Of a stretch of 64,000 nucleotides of DNA, positions 50,140 through 60,327 are shown piece by piece. Location: assembly GCA_964430885.1 (NCBI GenBank), contig CAYSHM010000006.1, positions 75,803 to 139,802 of the forward strand, in the 5' to 3' direction. The stretch comes from an uncultured archaeon. GTDB lineage: Archaea; Thermoplasmatota; Penumbrarchaeia; JASLWR01. The translations under genes were made by a program, and so were the position numbers. Numbering within the stretch: the stretch's first letter is position 1; each line of letters starts with the position of its first letter. The notes under the pieces were generated by a model. It did no database searches and had not been told where the DNA came from. It saw nothing but the letters and a program-made list of their open reading frames with translations.

Positions 50140-51657
50140 CTATTTGTTGATCTTCAGTAAAGGCGGAATATATTTCTTCTTGAGGGAGGACCCGCTGAAT
50201 AGAGCTAGAACTGTGAATATCTCCAGTCTGCCGATCCACATCAATAGGGCAAGAATGATCTTGCTGGCATCAGGAAGGAATGCGAAATCCTTGGTAGGTC
50301 CTACCTGGTACAAACCCGGACCGACATTTCCAATACATGCCGCAGTGGCCGATGCGCCGGATATTATATCCAATCCCAATCCTATTACAGCGCCCGTTCC
50401 CAGCAGGAATAGCAGCAGATAGATCAGGAAAAAGGATGTGATATTGTCTATAAGGGATTCAGAGATGGCTTTTCCGCCTAAGGTGACGGGTATGACCCTT
50501 CTGCTTCTCCCCAGTTTACGGAACTTGCGTAGAATGACCTTCAGAAGGATAACTATCCGGATATTCTTGATGCCTCCCCCAGTAGATCCGGCCGAACCGC
50601 CCACGAACATTAGCATCAATAGAATGAAACGGGCCATCTCTGGCCACGCATTAAAATCGGCAGTAGCATAACCTGTTGTACTGATTATGGAAGCGGTTTG
50701 GAAGAATGACAATCTCAGACTGTCACCAGCATTTGAATTGGCATCATGTATGAAGAAGGCGATTATCACCGATGACATTAGAAATATGGTGATATAGCAT
50801 CTGAATTCCGCATCCCTCAGCATCTCCTTGACATTCCCTCTGAAGGCATAATATATTAGAGCGAAGTTCACGCCGCAGATGACCATGAAAACGGTTATTG
50901 TCCATTGAATGGCAGGTGAAAATGCGGCGATGGAATCCACAGTGGATGAGAAACCTCCTGTTGCCATTGTTGTGAATGTGTGGTAAAGAGCATTATAGGG
51001 GTTCATTCCCAGTAAAAATAAAGCGGTGAACTCTACTATGGAAAAACCAAGATATAATAGCCACATGACCTTTGCCGTGTGGGTGACCCGGGGTTTAAGC
51101 CTGGTGATGGTAGGACCCGGGGATTCAGCCTTGATCAGTTTTATACCTCCCCTGGTGAACTTGGATAAAATAGCGACCGACAGGACTATAACTCCCATTC
51201 CGCCCAACCACTGTATCAATGCCCTCCAGAGCATTATGCTGTGGGCATAATTATCAAGATAATCACCTGTTTCCACATGGAGAACCGTGGCCCCCGTGGT
51301 TGTGAGTCCGGACATGGATTCGAAGAAAGCGTCCACGAAGCTTGGAAGGGTATTGCTCAGCATGAAAGGAGTAGTGCTGATAAGGGCAATGATAAGCCAG
51401 CTTAGAGCGACAATGGCAAAGGCTTCCACATCCAGAAAATCATAGGGTCTCCCCAGTCTTTCCAATAACAGTCCGAGGGTAATTGTGAACAGTATGAGAA
51501 AAAGGAAATAGAATGCATTGGCAGGATATATGCCGCCTATCAGGGGTTTTTCCCAGTAAATCAATGATACCACAAGGGGGATGAGCATGAAGAAGGAGAA
51601 GAACTTCAATAATGTTCCAATGTTACCCAGAATGACTCGCCATCTCATTCGTGGCAC
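50140..51657 (-). CDS. trkH: Trk/Ktr-family potassium transporter membrane subunit (TrkH)
   Basis: Polytopic; pore-loop-like 'SGLTTTGATV', 'STTGYATADF', 'GGSAGSTGGGIK'. Confidence 0.85.
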   Translation of the reverse strand: MPRMRWRVILGNIGTLLKFFSFFMLIPLVVSLIYWEKPLIGGIYPANAFYFLFLILFTITLGLLLERLGRPYDFLDVEAFAIVALSWLIIALISTTPFMLSNTLPSFVDAFFESMSGLTTTGATVLHVETGDYLDNYAHSIMLWRALIQWLGGMGVIVLSVAILSKFTRGGIKLIKAESPGPTITRLKPRVTHTAKVMWLLYLGFSIVEFTALFLLGMNPYNALYHTFTTMATGGFSSTVDSIAAFSPAIQWTITVFMVICGVNFALIYYAFRGNVKEMLRDAEFRCYITIFLMSSVIIAFFIHDANSNAGDSLRLSFFQTASIISTTGYATADFNAWPEMARFILLMLMFVGGSAGSTGGGIKNIRIVILLKVILRKFRKLGRSRRVIPVTLGGKAISESLIDNITSFFLIYLLLFLLGTGAVIGLGLDIISGASATAACIGNVGPGLYQVGPTKDFAFLPDASKIILALLMWIGRLEIFTVLALFSGSSLKKKYIPPLLKINK

Positions 51658-51658
51658 C

Positions 51659-53020
51659 TCAAATGATCAATCCTTTTCCCTTGAAGTAGCGGTCCATCTG
51701 TTCCATCATTTCCTGGTAGCAGAATAGGAGGACTCTATCTCTCTTCTCCAGTTTGAAATCTCCTCCAGGTATAACTGTATTTCCGCCTCTCAATACCCCA
51801 ATAATCAAAACACCCCTGGGCAGTTTAATTTTGTTAATCTTCTTGCCCTTTACCGAGGACCTCTTTCCCACCTTTGTCTCGAATACTATCACATCGCCTC
51901 CGTACAGGGGAATGGTCTTGAGAATTCCGAGATATCCTATCTCCCTTAGCAAAGCTTCCACGGTGAGGTTGTCTATGGAAAGAGCCAGGTCAATACCTAT
52001 GGTCTCAAGAGTTCCTTTCATGGAGGTCTTGTTTATGAGGGATATGACCTTTGGTATTTTATAAACCTTTGCAAGGAGGGATACCAGGACATTGATACCT
52101 TCCTTCCGGGTCATAGCAACAACGGCATCCATCTCTTTCAATCCTTCCTCGAGAATCAATTTTTTATCCGTGGGATCTCCGTTGATGACCACACTGTCCT
52201 TCAGTATGGATGCTGCACGTTTGCACCTTTTGATATTATCAGAGATAAGTGTAACATTGATGTTCTTCCTTTCCAAACGCCTGGCGAGATGAATGGCCAT
52301 ATCTCCTACGCCAATTATCATCACATCATCGGTTCTGTCGCCCTTATTTCCCTCGACACGGCCTACAAGTTTTCTGATATTATGGATCTTGTCCGGAGAG
52401 TCAAGAACTAGAAGCAGCCGGTCTCCCTTTTTTATCCGGGTCTTTCCCTCGGGTATGATCACCTTTATGCCCCTGAATATGCCTCCAACTAATATTCCCT
52501 TGGGTAGGTTGATCTCTCCTAATTTCTTGCGGCACATGGAGGATGAATGGTCTATCTTCGCCTCTAAGAGCATCATTTTTCCCTTGGCCATTGCAGTTCG
52601 GTTCATTAGAGCAGGTATGGATATGATGTTCATTATCTTTTCAACAACCAATAGTTTAGGACAAACCGCAATGTCAATACCGATGGAGGAGAACTTCATT
52701 GATACAGGTTCATTGATATAGCTCAGGTTGTTCAATCTAGCTATGGTCTTGACACCCCTTGATTTGGCAATCACGCATCCCAGCATGTTTGCTTCATCAT
52801 CATTCGTGACGCCGAAATAGAATTCCGCCATGTCGATCTGTGCCGAATCAAGGACCTCCATTTTCCCTCCGTCCCCATGATAAATCCTGACATCCAAGGC
52901 GCGGGCTCTATCTACATTTACTTTCTTCTTTTCAATGATAGTAATATCATGACCAACCCTGGTGAGGGATTCGGCAATGCTCAGACCCACGTCACCGGCA
53001 CCGGAAATAATTATGTACAT
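51659..53020 (-). CDS. trkA: Trk system NAD-binding subunit TrkA (tandem RCK domains)
   Basis: 'MYIIISGAGDVGLSIAESL' and 'IIGVGDMAIHLARRL' Rossmann motifs; adjacent to trkH. Confidence 0.85.
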   Translation of the reverse strand: MYIIISGAGDVGLSIAESLTRVGHDITIIEKKKVNVDRARALDVRIYHGDGGKMEVLDSAQIDMAEFYFGVTNDDEANMLGCVIAKSRGVKTIARLNNLSYINEPVSMKFSSIGIDIAVCPKLLVVEKIMNIISIPALMNRTAMAKGKMMLLEAKIDHSSSMCRKKLGEINLPKGILVGGIFRGIKVIIPEGKTRIKKGDRLLLVLDSPDKIHNIRKLVGRVEGNKGDRTDDVMIIGVGDMAIHLARRLERKNINVTLISDNIKRCKRAASILKDSVVINGDPTDKKLILEEGLKEMDAVVAMTRKEGINVLVSLLAKVYKIPKVISLINKTSMKGTLETIGIDLALSIDNLTVEALLREIGYLGILKTIPLYGGDVIVFETKVGKRSSVKGKKINKIKLPRGVLIIGVLRGGNTVIPGGDFKLEKRDRVLLFCYQEMMEQMDRYFKGKGLII

Positions 53021-53219
53021 GCCTTGGGCACCTCTACGATCAAAGCTCTAGGGAACGATAATTGTTAAACCCTGATTTGTCTTAATGAAGGATATCAAAT
53101 AAATTCCTAGAGATAATATATAATGAATCATACAATGAAATAGGGACATTCAGATGGCAGGTTCAGGATATGAATGTTATGCTATAAGTAATTACAGATG
53201 GTATATTCCCAGGGTCCCC

Positions 53220-54431
53220 TTAATGATTCAGGACCTTCTTCACCCGTTCAAGAATGAAATCAATATTTTCCCTGGAAATTATCAGAGGCGGAGCGAATCT
53301 GATGGTCTGACCGTGGGTATCCTTGGCTAGAACACCCATCTCCATTAGACGCTGACAGTACGGCCGGGCGCCGCCATATTCCCTTTTAAGTTCCACACCG
53401 ATAAGAAGTCCCTTTCCGCGTATTTCCTTGATGAGCGGACTTTCAAGGGACTTCAGTCCTTCTTTGAAATATTTACCCATTTCGGTTGCCCTGTGGGGAA
53501 GATTTTCTTCAAGAATAATATCAATAGCCTCAGAAGCAATAGCACTGCCGAGGGGATTACCTCCAAATGTACTGCCGTGCTCGCCGGGACCGATAACATC
53601 CAGTATATTCCAGGTGGTAATTATGCCGGATACTGGAAAAACACCTCCACCCAAAGCCTTGCCTACTATCAAAATGTCAGGTTTTGCATCCTCATACATA
53701 TGTGCGAAGAGCTTACCAGTCCTGCCGAGACCGGTCTGTATCTCGTCGAATATCAGAAGAACATTATGTTCCGTGCATATTTTTCTCACCTTTTTCAGAT
53801 AACCCTCCGGAGGAACAATGACACCGCCTTCCCCCTGTATGGGTTCAACAAGGAAAGCCGCTGTATCGGGAGTGATGACTCTCTCCAACGCTTCCGGATC
53901 GCCGAAAGGAATGCTCTTGAATCCCGGTGTGAAAGGCCCGAATCCCTTTCGGTTCACCTCATCGGAAGAGAATCCTACAATTGTAGTGGTACGCCCATGA
54001 AAATTGTTATCGCATACTATGATCTGTGCTTTGTCGGCCTTGACCTTCTTCTTCATATATCCCCATTTCCGAGCTGTCTTAATTGCCGTTTCCACAGCTT
54101 CGGCACCTGTGTTCATAGGTAGAACAGCTTCCATTTGAGCGCATTTTGCCAATTTCTCCAAGAAATGGGGCAGCTTATCATTATGAAAGGCCCTGCTGGT
54201 CAGAGTAACTCTTTGGGATTGTTCCATCAGGACATTCATTATCCTCGGGTGCACATGACCATGATTCACCGCACTGTACGAGGAAAGACAATCCAGATAT
54301 TTTTTTCCTTCAACATCCCATACCCATACACCTTGGGCCCGGGATATGACCACAGGTATCGGTTTGTAATTATGTGCTCCGTATTTTTGCTCAAGTTCAA
54401 TATATTCATTAGAAGACTGCATTTTTACCAC
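53220..54431 (-). CDS. rocD: Ornithine aminotransferase (class III PLP aminotransferase)
   Basis: 'YGAHNYKPIPVVISRAQGVWVWDVEGKKYLDCLSSYSAVNHGHVHP' and 'LLIFDEIQTGLGRTG'. Confidence 0.8.
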   Translation of the reverse strand: MVKMQSSNEYIELEQKYGAHNYKPIPVVISRAQGVWVWDVEGKKYLDCLSSYSAVNHGHVHPRIMNVLMEQSQRVTLTSRAFHNDKLPHFLEKLAKCAQMEAVLPMNTGAEAVETAIKTARKWGYMKKKVKADKAQIIVCDNNFHGRTTTIVGFSSDEVNRKGFGPFTPGFKSIPFGDPEALERVITPDTAAFLVEPIQGEGGVIVPPEGYLKKVRKICTEHNVLLIFDEIQTGLGRTGKLFAHMYEDAKPDILIVGKALGGGVFPVSGIITTWNILDVIGPGEHGSTFGGNPLGSAIASEAIDIILEENLPHRATEMGKYFKEGLKSLESPLIKEIRGKGLLIGVELKREYGGARPYCQRLMEMGVLAKDTHGQTIRFAPPLIISRENIDFILERVKKVLNH

Positions 54432-54609
54432 CTTTAAGCTACTGCCGATAGGATTATTGGTTGTTAGATCATGCTTTCAGTTACAGAGTCATCAGAAGTA
54501 TGAAAAGCAGACAGGTAATTTGCTAATGAGATATTTAAAACTTGAAGTGATAAAGCTCTAAAGGCTGAAAAAATGACTAGGATTCAGTGTTAAATCTCGG
54601 ACTATTGCT

Positions 54610-57600
54610 TCAGCTTTTCTCGGCTTTGAGGGATGAACGGAGCTGATTAAGGGTGGATAGAACATCCTCGTAATCTTCATTTCCTGCAGTAGGTCCATTT
54701 GTCCTTTTGTCTCCGTGGTTTGCCGGTGGAGGAGGAGGGTTTTGGGTTTCAGATACTGATGCAGGGGGTTTAGGGGGTATAGGTTCATGAGGTGTTTCCA
54801 TTAGGGAAGGAACTTCATTCGGTGAAGGGATTGGTTTAGAATCAGGTTGAGGTTTCTCAGCAGCAGTCCTGTTGGATTCTAATGTTTGAGTAGGCTTTCC
54901 CGATAGTTTCTCCATTAACTCTTTTCTCTGTGAATCAAGATTTTCCAGTTTGATCTGTAACGGAGCGGTCTCTAATTCTGGGGCATTCCTAGCCTGAAGG
55001 TCCGCCAGCTGTTGGGTGATATTGATCTTGAAGCGGTCCAGGGTTTGCAGAAGTTCCTTTGTCTCTCCCATATCCTTCTGGTTTTGTTCATCCTCCCCTC
55101 CTTGCTTTGTTATTTCCTTTTCTCCAGCTGTAACCTTCTGAACCGCTCTCGGCGGTCTGGCTTTAGGCGGCTGAGCTTTTGCTTTTTCACCTTGGGAAGC
55201 TGTTTCTCTTCGTTTTTTCTGGTTTCTAGCTCCTTGTGCAAAGGAAGGCGGTCGGGAAGGTACTGCTCCAGTCTGCTGTTGAGGAGCGGGGCCTACCTGT
55301 GCCTGAGTTTGGTTCGGCCCCCCAGCTGCTCCTGGCTGCGGCCCGCCGTATCCTTGGGGAGAACCTGCACCTGATTGATATCCCTGGGATGGTATTCCAC
55401 CATACACCGGTCCCATGTTGGACTGTCCCATTCCCATTGCCAGAAGGTCCATTGAAGCGTCCTGGGGTTCTGATTCTCTGTCATCCACGTCCTTCTTTTT
55501 CTTCCAGATGAACAGAGCAATACCCAATCCAAGACCGAGAACTATAATAATGATCAGTATGAACCACACCCAGGAAGCACCTGATCCCCCGTTTCCTTCA
55601 GAAGATGATTCCCTTTCAGATTTCTCAAATGGAATCGATTGGGAGATGTCCGTATCCGCTGAGACCGCTTTCACAAAGAACTTTGAAGCCATGAGGTCCA
55701 AATCGGGCCAATGAACAGTTAGTTTAATATCCCTATCGTCCTTTGGATGGAGCAGAAATGAATCATGTTCGAGTTGGGTAAAGCTGTCGAAGGCACCAAG
55801 AACCGTCAATGTGATCTCTTCAGGTACATTTCCATCATTGCTGACGGTGACATTGAATGTTGTGGTGTACCCTTCCTTCAGCTGTGTCAATTGGATAGTA
55901 TCAAATTCTATTGAGATATCATGTTCAGGTTCAAAATCCAGATCGACCTTGAACGAACGAATATTACTCCTAAATGTACTGTACACACCGAAGAAGGAGA
56001 CCTCCACCATCCAGTAATATGTCATGCCGTCGATAAGTTCTTCAGTGGTATATGAATTCGCTATAATTCCCTCCCTTACAGGAGATATTTGATCAGGGAA
56101 CAATCCCATATGAACGGCGTATGAAGGGGAGCGTTCGGTATAATTTATATCCCACTTCAATTCCGGTGTATTATCGGACAGAGTGATCTGATCCAATGGG
56201 TATGTCTGGAATATCCCTACATCAGGGCATTCGGTCCAGTCATGGATGTTGACAAAAATGCTCTTATCTCTTCTATCACCGTCCTTATCCTTTACAGTGA
56301 GAGCTATGGAGAACTCCCCCACTGAAAGCATGGACACCGGGGTTATGTTCAGTATATTATTGTTTTTTACAGTAGCGCTTATGAAGTTGGTCTTTGCTGT
56401 TTTGATACTCCAAACCAGTTCCTCTTTGGGGTCTTCGGTGTCCCAGGCTAGGTCCCACAGGGAGAACTCCCTGCTTCGGTGGCTGTAAAGATGGAACACT
56501 GTGAATTCCTCGAAGATCTCAGGCGGATTGTTCATCAGCTCAAGTGTACTGTTGTAATAGTACCAGGGAGCCATACCGTGGTCCCGGTCTTCCAGGGAAA
56601 CCCTGATTCTGTACTGTCCTAGTTCATGATCCAAAGTAGTATTGAAACATACGCTGAAATTGATGCCGTCCTCATTGTGGTTCACTGGGAGAGGAGTCCA
56701 GTCTGAAGTGCTGTTTTTTACCTCGACCCGGGCATCCAAAATGTCCGATCCGTCCTCAAGATCTACAGGATCTATCCAGATCACCCCGCATTCCCCTCGA
56801 TGGAAAACAGAGGGTGATAGGGTCAGGTTAGCAACACTCGGTAGATTGTTGTGGAGATTGATCTGATGGTTCATATCGTACCAATCCGATACCGACCCAT
56901 CTTTATCTTCAGCTCTTATTCTGATATCATAAAGGCCGGGTTTGGATGTTTTTGGAAATGTGAGGTCGAAACCCCATTTACCCTCATTGTCATCGAAGAT
57001 GGGTTCCGTGAAAATATCGGACCGCCAGGTAATTGTTTCTTCATCAGAAAGCGAGTATTGGGCTGCTACAGCCAATTCGTCCTCGTAATCCTCCTCGTCT
57101 GAAACTGCCACGTACATTGTGGATGTTTCCGTTCTGAAAAGTGATACAGGCCCTAGAATATTTTCGATGACAGGTTTATTGTTGATCACTCTGAGGCCCT
57201 GGGCTTTTGTTTCCCAGTTACTGTATAGTCCGTTAGGGTCCTGGAACCTCACCCTGATGTCGTAATAACCGGTCTCAGTATCCAGTTCAGGCTCGAAGTC
57301 AACGTACCACCAATTGCCCTGGGAAACTGGATTTGTGAACATGGAGTCACTCCATGGATTACCTCCTGGGTTGCGAAGTTTATATTGGAATTCAGCGGTT
57401 AATTGGTCAGGTAGTGAGAAATAGCTTTCAGTTCTACCGTAAACTCTGGTGGTATTTCCACGTTTAACCGATGTTTTGGGAATATTTATTTCCGGCTGGA
57501 TCGGGGGAGCTGTGAGTAGCCAAACATCAATGGTACCATCCCTTGAGGCGGATGCGATCATCTCGTCATCCGGAGACCAGTCAACAGATGATACTGCCTG

Positions 57601-58524
57601 TGTATGACCCGTGAAATTGACATAGGTATACCCGGTGTCCGGATCCCATACCTTAACATCCCGATCAGCCGAACCGGTTACGATCTTGGAACTGTCCAAT
57701 GACCAGTCCACACATAGAACATCATCTATATGCTCCTCATAGACAAAAAGCTCAGCACCGGTGTCTGCATTCCAGATTTTCACAGTATTGTCCGATGATG
57801 CAGTTGCTAACTTAGTACCGTCTTGAGACCAGGCAACGTCGTTGACAGTATCCGAATGACTGGTCAATTCCTGATCCACATTACCGTTCTGAGGGTTCCA
57901 AATGAATACCTTGGAATCATTACCTCCCGAAGCTATCTCATCTCCCCCGGGCGACCAATCCACACACCGAACCTGATCTGTATGCTGGGTGAAGGATAGT
58001 ATTTCCATATCGTCAGGATTTGCCACATTCCAGTACCAGATAAGTATCTCACCGTCCTCTGAACAGGATACCACCTTGTCGCTGTTCGGGGACCATGAAA
58101 TATCTGTGACCCTATTGTCAGGAACACCGTCATAGTGACCCAGAAAAGTAGCTTCAGAATTACCGGTTATGGTGCTCCATACCTTTGCTTTTCCTGAAGC
58201 ACTACTACTGGCAATGTGCATTTCATTAGGCGACCATTCTGCTGAAAGGACATCGTCAGAATGCATCGCATAACGTATCCTCTCGTCAGTTTCGTTCCAT
58301 TTCCATATCATAGCGTCGCCGTCGGAATCGCAGCTGACCAGCTCTGTACTGTTGGGGGCCCATGATACACAATTAACGAAACCGTCATGGTTCCTGAAGG
58401 AGTTGTCAGAGAGATAATCATCTATTGTGGCATTGGTGTTGATCACGAAGGGAAATGACGCACCGATCAGGATCAAAATTATTAGAAAATTCAGGATTGT
58501 ATTTCTCATTATGTTCGTTTTCAA
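54610..58524 (-). CDS. Giant (1304 aa) WD40 beta-propeller surface protein with TM anchor and long Pro/Gln/Gly-rich cytoplasmic tail
   Basis: Signal peptide; repeated WD40 units ('VSCDSDGDAMIWKW', 'VKIWNADTG', 'VKVWDPDTG'); TM 'WVWFILIIIIVLGLGLGIALFIW'; tail rich in P/Q/G/A. Confidence 0.6.
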   Translation of the reverse strand: MKTNIMRNTILNFLIILILIGASFPFVINTNATIDDYLSDNSFRNHDGFVNCVSWAPNSTELVSCDSDGDAMIWKWNETDERIRYAMHSDDVLSAEWSPNEMHIASSSASGKAKVWSTITGNSEATFLGHYDGVPDNRVTDISWSPNSDKVVSCSEDGEILIWYWNVANPDDMEILSFTQHTDQVRCVDWSPGGDEIASGGNDSKVFIWNPQNGNVDQELTSHSDTVNDVAWSQDGTKLATASSDNTVKIWNADTGAELFVYEEHIDDVLCVDWSLDSSKIVTGSADRDVKVWDPDTGYTYVNFTGHTQAVSSVDWSPDDEMIASASRDGTIDVWLLTAPPIQPEINIPKTSVKRGNTTRVYGRTESYFSLPDQLTAEFQYKLRNPGGNPWSDSMFTNPVSQGNWWYVDFEPELDTETGYYDIRVRFQDPNGLYSNWETKAQGLRVINNKPVIENILGPVSLFRTETSTMYVAVSDEEDYEDELAVAAQYSLSDEETITWRSDIFTEPIFDDNEGKWGFDLTFPKTSKPGLYDIRIRAEDKDGSVSDWYDMNHQINLHNNLPSVANLTLSPSVFHRGECGVIWIDPVDLEDGSDILDARVEVKNSTSDWTPLPVNHNEDGINFSVCFNTTLDHELGQYRIRVSLEDRDHGMAPWYYYNSTLELMNNPPEIFEEFTVFHLYSHRSREFSLWDLAWDTEDPKEELVWSIKTAKTNFISATVKNNNILNITPVSMLSVGEFSIALTVKDKDGDRRDKSIFVNIHDWTECPDVGIFQTYPLDQITLSDNTPELKWDINYTERSPSYAVHMGLFPDQISPVREGIIANSYTTEELIDGMTYYWMVEVSFFGVYSTFRSNIRSFKVDLDFEPEHDISIEFDTIQLTQLKEGYTTTFNVTVSNDGNVPEEITLTVLGAFDSFTQLEHDSFLLHPKDDRDIKLTVHWPDLDLMASKFFVKAVSADTDISQSIPFEKSERESSSEGNGGSGASWVWFILIIIIVLGLGLGIALFIWKKKKDVDDRESEPQDASMDLLAMGMGQSNMGPVYGGIPSQGYQSGAGSPQGYGGPQPGAAGGPNQTQAQVGPAPQQQTGAVPSRPPSFAQGARNQKKRRETASQGEKAKAQPPKARPPRAVQKVTAGEKEITKQGGEDEQNQKDMGETKELLQTLDRFKINITQQLADLQARNAPELETAPLQIKLENLDSQRKELMEKLSGKPTQTLESNRTAAEKPQPDSKPIPSPNEVPSLMETPHEPIPPKPPASVSETQNPPPPPANHGDKRTNGPTAGNEDYEDVLSTLNQLRSSLKAEKS

Positions 58525-58694
58525 AATGGCCTACCCCCATTTATCAATTTAGCCTGATGAATTTGGATTAAAAATTGAATTTATTTATTATTCAAGATAT
58601 TATATATATATTTATACCTGTAACTATTTCATATTCAGTGTTGGTATCATAACCTGAACGGTAATTAAAATTGAGATTTTACAGGTGTGTACGG

Positions 58695-60323
58695 ATGAAC
58701 GAGGCTTTGGATATTGCCATAATCAATCTGTGTCAAGTTGTCTGTGTAGGGAAGGATCAGCCCTTTAAGAAGGGACCTGATCTCCATAACCTTAACCTCA
58801 TTGAGACGGGGGATATAGGTATAAAGAACGGGCGGATAGTCTTTGTAGGTAAAGGTCTTCCGGAAAAAGGAAGGATAGATGATACCACTCGAATAATAGA
58901 CGGCCGGGGATGCATTGCTCTGCCGGGTTTTGTTGACCCGCATACGCATTTAATTTTCTCTGGTACCCGTGAGCATGAACTGGAGATGAAGCTCCTGGGT
59001 CACAGCTATATGGAAATACTGAAAGCCGGCGGAGGGATATTATACACTGTCAAAAGGACCCGTAATGCATCTTTGGATGACCTTATGGATGAAGCTAGCC
59101 AAAGGCTGGACCGCATGCTCCTTCACGGAACCACAACCGCTGAGGCCAAAAGCGGTTACGGTTTGGATACTGAAACGGAACTCAGGTCACTTAAGGTCAT
59201 ATCACTCCTGAACAGTTCACACCCCGTCGATCTGATACCCACATTTCTGGGGGCTCATGCTCTTCCTCCGGAGTATAATAGTCATGAGGATTATGTGGAC
59301 CATGTGATAACCGATATGCTCCCCAGGATAGTCAGGGAAGGTTTGGCCCACTACTGCGATGTTTTTCTTGAAAAAGGAGTGTTCGAGGTGAATGAATCCC
59401 GAAGATTGCTGTCTGCAGCCAGGGACCTTGGCCTTCTGCTGAAACTTCATGTTGACGAGATAGAAAACCTAGGGGGAACTGATCTGGCTTGCGAACTCGG
59501 TGCGGTTTCTGCGGAGCATCTGGTAAAGACCACGTCCCGTCAGATCCGTGAATTAGCGGAGAACAGGATCGCCTGCATATTCCTTCCGGGAACTCCTTTC
59601 TCATTGATGGACGGTCATTATCCGGCGGCAAAGGAGTTCATAGATGAAGGATGCATAGTCTCATTGGCCACAGACCTGAACCCGAATTGTATGTGTGTGA
59701 ATATCCAGTTCATTTTGAGTCTGGCAGTTTATAATATGGGTATGACCCCTGCTCAGGTGATAAGCGCTTCAACTCTGAATGCAGCATTTTCCATAGGAAA
59801 GCAGGATGAGATAGGATCAATAGAGGTTGGGAAGAGAGCCGACATATCAGTTCTCGATCTTGATGATTATCGGAAATTACCCTACCAATTCGGTGTGAAT
59901 CATATCAGACATGTCATTAAGAATGGAAATATCGAGGTTTTCAATGGGAAATTGGTGAACCGTGAGAGGTCGGTCTACATCTATGCCTTCAAAGACGATT
60001 GCCTTTTACTGGTAAAGAGCAGAAAGCGGAAGGGATGGGAGGTTCCTGGCGGAAAAATGAAACCCGGAGAATCAATTGAGGAAACGGCTCTGAGAGAGTT
60101 CATGGAGGAAACTGGTCATGATCTTCAGATAGTGAAGACTGCTGGTAAAGTGGTCTACGGCAGGGTTGGAAAGATGAAGGGTGATTTCGATAAAGAAGAG
60201 ATCGAGAAAATAGGCTTATTCCACAAGCTCCCTGATGCCCTAAATTTTCCCAAGTCTGAATTTATTGCTTTTATTAAAGCGTCCCCAAAGGATATAACCC
60301 CTGATTGGATATATGGTAGGTGA
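58695..60323 (+). CDS. Imidazolonepropionase-like amidohydrolase fused to C-terminal Nudix hydrolase domain
   Basis: 'PGFVDPHTHLIFSGTRE', 'GTTTAEAKSGYGLD' HutI-like; C-terminal Nudix box 'GGKMKPGESIEETALREFMEETG'. ATG at 58695 (ORF-track TTG at 58671). Confidence 0.65.
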   Translation: MNEALDIAIINLCQVVCVGKDQPFKKGPDLHNLNLIETGDIGIKNGRIVFVGKGLPEKGRIDDTTRIIDGRGCIALPGFVDPHTHLIFSGTREHELEMKLLGHSYMEILKAGGGILYTVKRTRNASLDDLMDEASQRLDRMLLHGTTTAEAKSGYGLDTETELRSLKVISLLNSSHPVDLIPTFLGAHALPPEYNSHEDYVDHVITDMLPRIVREGLAHYCDVFLEKGVFEVNESRRLLSAARDLGLLLKLHVDEIENLGGTDLACELGAVSAEHLVKTTSRQIRELAENRIACIFLPGTPFSLMDGHYPAAKEFIDEGCIVSLATDLNPNCMCVNIQFILSLAVYNMGMTPAQVISASTLNAAFSIGKQDEIGSIEVGKRADISVLDLDDYRKLPYQFGVNHIRHVIKNGNIEVFNGKLVNRERSVYIYAFKDDCLLLVKSRKRKGWEVPGGKMKPGESIEETALREFMEETGHDLQIVKTAGKVVYGRVGKMKGDFDKEEIEKIGLFHKLPDALNFPKSEFIAFIKASPKDITPDWIYGR

Positions 60324-60327
60324 TAGA

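Noticed and set aside
1-58524. PGF-CTERM/archaeosortase sorting signal on the giant surface proteins
   Set aside because: No PGF tripeptide before the TM helix and the cytoplasmic tails are far longer than a PGF-CTERM basic stub.
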